Assembly: GCA_027923505.1 (NCBI GenBank)
Contig: BROI01000005.1
Coordinates: 682,001 to 746,000, forward strand
From: Mayamaea pseudoterrestris
Lineage: Eukaryota
DNA: 64,000 nucleotides
Direction: 5' to 3'
Each line of letters opens with the position of its first letter. The first letter of the stretch is position 1. Both the position numbers and the translations under genes were made by a program. The notes beneath the pieces were generated by a model. It was given only the letters and a program-made list of their open reading frames with translations, did no database searches and was not told where the DNA came from. Of this stretch, positions 58,580 to 64,000 are shown piece after piece.

Positions 58580-58907
58580 GACCGTATTTTAAGATTACTT
58601 GCTTTCGACTACTGTAGATATAAAACAAACGGAATGTCGTCAAAAATCAAGTCGATGTCATGTGGCGTCGAATGAGGCATCCAAGAAGGACGAGCTATGT
58701 CTAATTGAAGTGAATACGAAGCTTGAAAGAAAATATTGCTAAACAGTGTACAGTAACTCCTTATTTGGCGTCATTTGTTACGTTTTCAAGATAATACGGG
58801 ATTGATTCGGCTTCTCGTTCCGCCTGGGGTGCACGAAGCAATGGTTCTCGCTGCCGCACAGCCGAGCACGACCGAGGCAGCCACCTTCATTGACAACACA
58901 ACTCTCA

Positions 58908-60119
58908 ATGACAAGCCTTTGCGCTTTGCTCAATGCAAAGAGCTTATCAGCAAGAGACATTGCTTTGCAGCGAAGGCATGCCTGTCATAATGACGACTCT
59001 AGTTTGGCATGTCAGATTGTAGGGGCATTGCAAGAATCACTGGATGCCTTTCAGGAGGATGATCCATTAGATTCAGAGGTGACGAATAGGCTTCATTGTC
59101 TTCTGAGTCTCCATTTAGTCGTTTCCAAACTGGACCCAGCCTTGTCGCAGGAGCTTGCGCAGGAAGGCTCGCATGGTAGCTTGCTCAAGCTGCTCGCTAT
59201 GGAAAGTGATCATATGAAAGAAGACGAAAAACAAGATACAGATGAAGATGATCCTCTTGAACTCTTGCAAAATATTGCATGCGAGATTGCATCTCTTGGA
59301 AATTTCCCAGTCAGGAATGTAGTTCCATTTACAATGGACGAGATAAAGCAGCGACTGCCGTTTGAGTTTGTTCTCAAAGGCGACTCTGCATTACCTATTC
59401 TCGTGCACCAAGTCGTTACTACGCGGCAAACGGCCCAGAGCGATGTCGGCTTTGTCCTTTGGCCATCGGCAGTCTATTTGGCGCGATGGTTGGAGCAAAA
59501 CGCCAGTATAGTCTTGCATTCGAATGATCACACTATATTGAATCGTACCATTTTGGAACTTGGGTCGGGGTGCGGGCTCTGCGGCTTGGTGGCTGCCTCA
59601 GTTGCCAAGCAACACTCTTCGACAATTTCTCATACAATGCTAACCGACTTTAACGAAACAGTGCTGCAGAATGCTTCAAGCAACATTTGCTTGAATGATT
59701 TGCAGGATTCATGCGGCGTCGTTGGCTTGGACTTTTACCAGCAATCTGGCGATTCATTGCACAACCAATGGATTGACATGTTTGGCCATGCGCACGAACC
59801 AGTCGACGTTATCATTGCTGCCGACATTATTTGTCAGCCGTCTGATGCGACTGCCATTGCCAAGACTTTGGTGAATGCTTTGCGACATGATGGGTGTGCC
59901 TACATTGTTTGCGCCACGGCAAAGCATCGGTTTGGCGTACAGTGCTTTCCCGAAGCTTGTGCAAGCGTGGGTTTGGATGTAAACGTGACATATATTGATT
60001 TACAAGGAGCACTTGCGTTGAATGAGCTTCTTTTGAAGGATTTGCAGCAGTCTTCCGGCTACATTGATGGAATGCAACTGCAAATGTTTGTCGTGCGACA
60101 CAAAGAACGGAACGTATGA
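58908..60119 (+). CDS. Class I SAM-dependent lysine methyltransferase (METTL21/Methyltransf_16-like)
   Basis: VGFVLWPSAVYLARWL, ILELGSGCGLCGL, MLTDFN, DVIIAADII. Confidence 0.85.
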   Translation: MTSLCALLNAKSLSARDIALQRRHACHNDDSSLACQIVGALQESLDAFQEDDPLDSEVTNRLHCLLSLHLVVSKLDPALSQELAQEGSHGSLLKLLAMESDHMKEDEKQDTDEDDPLELLQNIACEIASLGNFPVRNVVPFTMDEIKQRLPFEFVLKGDSALPILVHQVVTTRQTAQSDVGFVLWPSAVYLARWLEQNASIVLHSNDHTILNRTILELGSGCGLCGLVAASVAKQHSSTISHTMLTDFNETVLQNASSNICLNDLQDSCGVVGLDFYQQSGDSLHNQWIDMFGHAHEPVDVIIAADIICQPSDATAIAKTLVNALRHDGCAYIVCATAKHRFGVQCFPEACASVGLDVNVTYIDLQGALALNELLLKDLQQSSGYIDGMQLQMFVVRHKERNV

Positions 60120-60178
60120 ATGTAAAATCATTATTGTCAATCACTGTACGCAACAATAATTTTCCTTCATGTATTAGC

Positions 60179-61762
60179 TCACATTCGCATCAAGGATGAA
60201 AAACTGGGCGACCCTGGTTCGTTAAAGCTAGAATTGTCGGACTGCGTCCGCCGCATGAGCTCGTCAAAGTTAATGTACGGCTCATAATGCTCCACCGCCA
60301 CCTTGACCCGCTCCGTATCATGAATATTCAGCTTCGGCGTATAGTCATGAATCATGTTCATGGCATCATACGTGGCGTAGTCGACAATGAGTATTGGCGC
60401 GCCTTGAACGGATTGCAGCATGTCCGTGACTTCGGCCGAAAGCTGGTACTTGCCACGACGTCCGCAAATGAGCAAGGCCGCCTCAAAGGGCGTCTCCGTC
60501 TCCTTGCGCATGCGCTGGTACTCGCCAAGGAAACCAACAATCAAGTCGTCTCGGGTAACGTGACAAATGTAAAGAGTGCGCTTGTGCTTGTCGCGCAAGT
60601 TTTCCAGGAAACGTGTCAATGAGGTTGTCACAATGTTCACATATCGAACGTCGTAGTGGCGGAACCGATGCTGCTGGCCCGAAATGAGTTTGGTTTTGAA
60701 CAAATTCTCCAAGTCGGCCAGTGCCGGTCGTCCAAGGTACGAGTGATCGGGAATGCAGCCCAGCAATGGCACGCCCCATGCCTTCATCATGGCCTTGCGC
60801 ATGTAATGCTTTGTTTGATCAAACTTGTCTGGAATAACCTTGTTGATAATGACACCAGCAATGCGTACATTGTAGTGCTGGCAAAGTATTCGATTGAGTT
60901 CCAGTTCGTCAAAGGCTGAACCAAGGCCGCCATTTGCAACAAGCACCATGTCGGCGCCGATGAGCGACGCCACCTTGGCATTGTTACTGTAGTGTAAGCG
61001 ATGAGCCAAGGAAAATGTGAGGCATGAAGCTGCGAGATATAGTAAGTCAACCGAAAGATGCATATATCTTACGTACAGTCCAACAATGGATCCAACGGCG
61101 CAGTGCCCCGTTCCCTCGCAAAGGACAACGTCACTCGCCCGAGTAACGTTGGTCATGGCCTTTTCCACCGCTTTGATCTGCTCCTCCAACGAAACTTGTC
61201 CATCCACAAATCGCTTGGTATATCCTTTCGGAATAATGACTGGCGATATGTCATGGTAGTCGACGTGATCCAGTTTGAAATACTCCTTGACGAGCACGCA
61301 ATCCTTGTCGACGCGCAGCTCCTCATTGTTGCGGCCCTGCACGGAAACATGCTGCTGCCCGACCGTTTTCAGAAAGCCCACCTTGTCGTACCGCTTGGTC
61401 AGTCCGCTCATGAGCGCCAAGCTGCAGGTCGTCTTGCCCACGTGCTGGCGGGTGGCCGCCACAAAGATGGGTCGCTGCTGGCGACTGGTGTTTTTGACAG
61501 TCTTCCAAAAGCGAGAGCCGTCGGGGAATTTGGCCCATTTATGAGACTTGTAGGTGTTTTTGTTGTCCAGTGTTGGTGATGAGGGATATAGTAGTTGCTG
61601 GACACTGTCGTTGTCGCTATCGTCAATAATGTCGTCAATGTCAAGTTCTTCGTCAATGGAGGAGGGAAATGCTTGCTGCGGCGGCTTGTAGATTGTCGTC
61701 ATGCTGCGAGTGATGATGCCAGTGTGACGGACAGCATTACTATGCCGAGTGACTCCTATCAT
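60179..61762 (-). CDS. BioD-like P-loop plus DRTGG-like protein (phosphotransacetylase N-terminal region only); intron 61076-60987
   Basis: FVAATRQHVGKTT, VGFLKTVGQ, LCEGTGH..VGSIVGL-NNAKVA (after splicing), GGLGSAFDEL, GVIINKV. No PTA catalytic domain. The N-terminus is possibly an organellar presequence. Confidence 0.82.
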   Translation of the reverse strand: MIGVTRHSNAVRHTGIITRSMTTIYKPPQQAFPSSIDEELDIDDIIDDSDNDSVQQLLYPSSPTLDNKNTYKSHKWAKFPDGSRFWKTVKNTSRQQRPIFVAATRQHVGKTTCSLALMSGLTKRYDKVGFLKTVGQQHVSVQGRNNEELRVDKDCVLVKEYFKLDHVDYHDISPVIIPKGYTKRFVDGQVSLEEQIKAVEKAMTNVTRASDVVLCEGTGHCAVGSIVGLYVRYMHLSVDLLYLAASCLTFSLAHRLHYSNNAKVASLIGADMVLVANGGLGSAFDELELNRILCQHYNVRIAGVIINKVIPDKFDQTKHYMRKAMMKAWGVPLLGCIPDHSYLGRPALADLENLFKTKLISGQQHRFRHYDVRYVNIVTTSLTRFLENLRDKHKRTLYICHVTRDDLIVGFLGEYQRMRKETETPFEAALLICGRRGKYQLSAEVTDMLQSVQGAPILIVDYATYDAMNMIHDYTPKLNIHDTERVKVAVEHYEPYINFDELMRRTQSDNSSFNEPGSPSFSSLMRM

Positions 61763-62073
61763 GTTATGAAGCAGGTTGCACGAGTAGTATACTTTCAATA
61801 CAGTCTGTTGATGCTTGCTGCCGGCAAATGTTTGTGCCATGGTGGGAGGCACAAAATCTTCGCGCCAGTGTCACGCTTCGTCACACCGGTTCACGTCGAA
61901 TCCTCGCCAATGTTTGTTTTGTTTTGGAATGAACTTCGACCTACCCATAACACACAATGAGAAATACACTGCTGAAAGACAGTCATACGTTCAAAAGCAA
62001 ACACATAATATACATGCTTGTTTGGCTAGTGTATTCTAAGTTATGAGGGGCAGGAATGAGTGCAAGTCGGGGC

Positions 62074-64000
62074 TCATTCGTCACCATTGACCCTTACATT
62101 TTCCATCCTTTCGTCGACTAATCTCTCAGCTGATGCAGCAACGTCAGTGAAACTACTCATCCCTCTACTACCAAGTCGACGAGCGCTTTGTCGACTGAAA
62201 AAGTCACGAATGGCTCGAGTCACTCGCGCGCTATTGGCATCATCTCGTTCCGCTTGAACATATCCGTCGACAAAGCGACTGAAGAAGCTCTTGGGTTGCA
62301 CGCGCTTCAGTTGCGCTTGCTTTCGTTCCTGCAAGCGACGCAGCTCCGCTGGTAGCTTGCGTCGACTCTTCGCCGTGGCCTCCTCCACTGCCTTGGCGGC
62401 TTGCTTCATCATGCGGGCCGAACGAATACCTTCCTTGACGCGGTCCAGTGTAATGATAAATGTTCTGTTTGGAATTGTAAATGCCAGGTAGTGATTGCCT
62501 AAAAAGCGACCCGGTCGCAACACTGCCGATAGCTCAAAGCGCAAGGCATTGTCCTTGATGTAAATGGACTTTACCTTGTTGTCTTCGCCCAGATCAAAAC
62601 CGTCGTTTTCGGGGTCTTCCATTTTGAAGGGTGAGTAAATCGGGAAGAAGAAATAGAGCGGCTTTGGTTTTTGACGTTCGGAAATGCTGAAAAATTCGCA
62701 ACATTGATTGACACTGAAAATGATGGCGGAGGTGGCGAGAAAATAAATGGTTTGAGTCGATGCCCTTATTCATAATTTATAATTTCAAATGAAGTACCCT
62801 GCACTTACACTCTTTCCCACGCCTTTGGACATTCCAACACGAGAGCCAGCTCTGGCTCCATAAGTCGAATTCTCCTTCCCGCCGCGTTGGTTCCGAGTTT
62901 TGCTCGCAGCTTAAACGCATTCTCCACAATGGGCTGCTCCGGCGCAGTTTGGACTCGCACTCGCCCAGTCAAAATGAGACGATTGGATGTATCGAATTCA
63001 ACATCTTCAATGGCAATCACGTCCACGACCGGAGCTGTCGTGCTGGACATTTTCCACGTGCGCCCATAAAAGACAGCGCCGTCGATCGTGTCGCGGAGGG
63101 ATCGCACGCGTCGGCGAATCGCCTGCGCAACGAGACGACGCAGACCCGCATCAAGCAGAAAAGAGTTCTTAATGTCATGGCTATTGAATGAAGCTGTGAT
63201 TGTTGTCGTGAATGGTTCCAAAATGAGTGGACCTCCTGGTGTAATGTGCTTGATCAATGGAATAGCGCCAAACAAGAGTCGTCGAAGGTCCATCTTCAAG
63301 TCTGAAATGGTAATCGAGCCAAGATCCTTGCCCGTCGAAACCAAGGATGCAAGTTGTTCATCAGTAACTTCGCTGATTCTATTGCTCTTGGCAGAATATC
63401 CATTGGCCCAGTCAAAGCTCTCGGGCACGACAGTACGCGACGGCTTGTCCACAATGTCACCATTCGCTACGGTTGTAGAATCGCCATTGACGTGCACAAG
63501 CTCCGACGGAAGAGCGTCAGGGTGCATGGTAGCCAAGCTTTCGTCTGCGACTGAGTTGCTGATATCATTGTTGGCTGCAAACACTGTGCTAAATTTATCC
63601 TCCTCGCGAGCTGCGTCGCCAGGAAAGAAACTCTGCACAAAATTTTTAATGTGCACAAACCATCCGCCAGTATTGCCTTCGGTAGACTCGGTCTTTATCG
63701 AATCTTCAGTAGTTTGTTGTTCCATTTCTTGTGCCTCTCGCAAAGCTGCCATGTCTTCCACCATGGACTGATACTCGGATCTGTCTACAACACCGTCACC
63801 GTTAAAGTCGTACAAGGCTACCAACTCGTTCGCCACGCCCTTCATGACTGTTTTCAGCTTGCGATGTTCCGTTTCATCCGACGACCGTGCCGCCACGACC
63901 AGGGCTTCCGCAATCTCGTCGCTATCAAGTGCTCCACTGTTATCCACGTCAATGCGTTCAAACGCTTCATCCGCACACGAAACATCATACAACTGCCGAT
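62074..64000 (-). CDS. EF-hand-containing protein, 5' end outside the window; intron ~62808-62714
   Basis: EF loops DVDNSGALDSDE and DFNGDGVVDRSE. Donor GTAAGT at 62808 with a phase-compatible TTTCAG acceptor joins it to the 62074-62622 ORF. Confidence 0.78.

Overview
Gene-dense eukaryotic nuclear DNA, most likely from a diatom. Evidence: short GT-AG introns, several bipartite plastid presequences of the ASAFAP type, and a BiP ending in DDEL. About 30 protein-coding genes lie on both strands; most short ORFs in the track are antisense shadows. Recognisable genes: XRN1, MCCC2, a GPATCH4/PinX1-like G-patch protein, a SAMHD1-like HD hydrolase, a large secreted Pro/Thr/Ser-rich protein, a plasmepsin V-like aspartic protease, a mitochondrial carrier, a J-domain protein, an ABC1 kinase, a HAD-IIA hydrolase, ALG3, NAPRT, a cytidine deaminase-like protein, a small twin-Cx9C protein, BiP, a GT34 glycosyltransferase, a STAND-type ATPase/TPR-like protein, a METTL21-like methyltransferase, a Pta N-terminal-like protein and a 5'-truncated EF-hand protein. 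No rRNA, tRNA, CRISPR array or transposase could be supported. Main unexplained signals: (1) a ~115-bp upstream element with a TGACGT box duplicated before two unrelated plastid-targeted genes; (2) a tandem pair of orphan paralogs, one with an AAA>TAA nonsense change and a C-terminal 22-aa TNYG repeat, near a STAND ATPase; (3) a ~165-bp degenerate non-coding tandem repeat; (4) a plasmepsin V-like protease next to an RxL-containing secreted protein; (5) two apparent single-base homopolymer frameshifts. All gene models were built by eye and no database searches were run.
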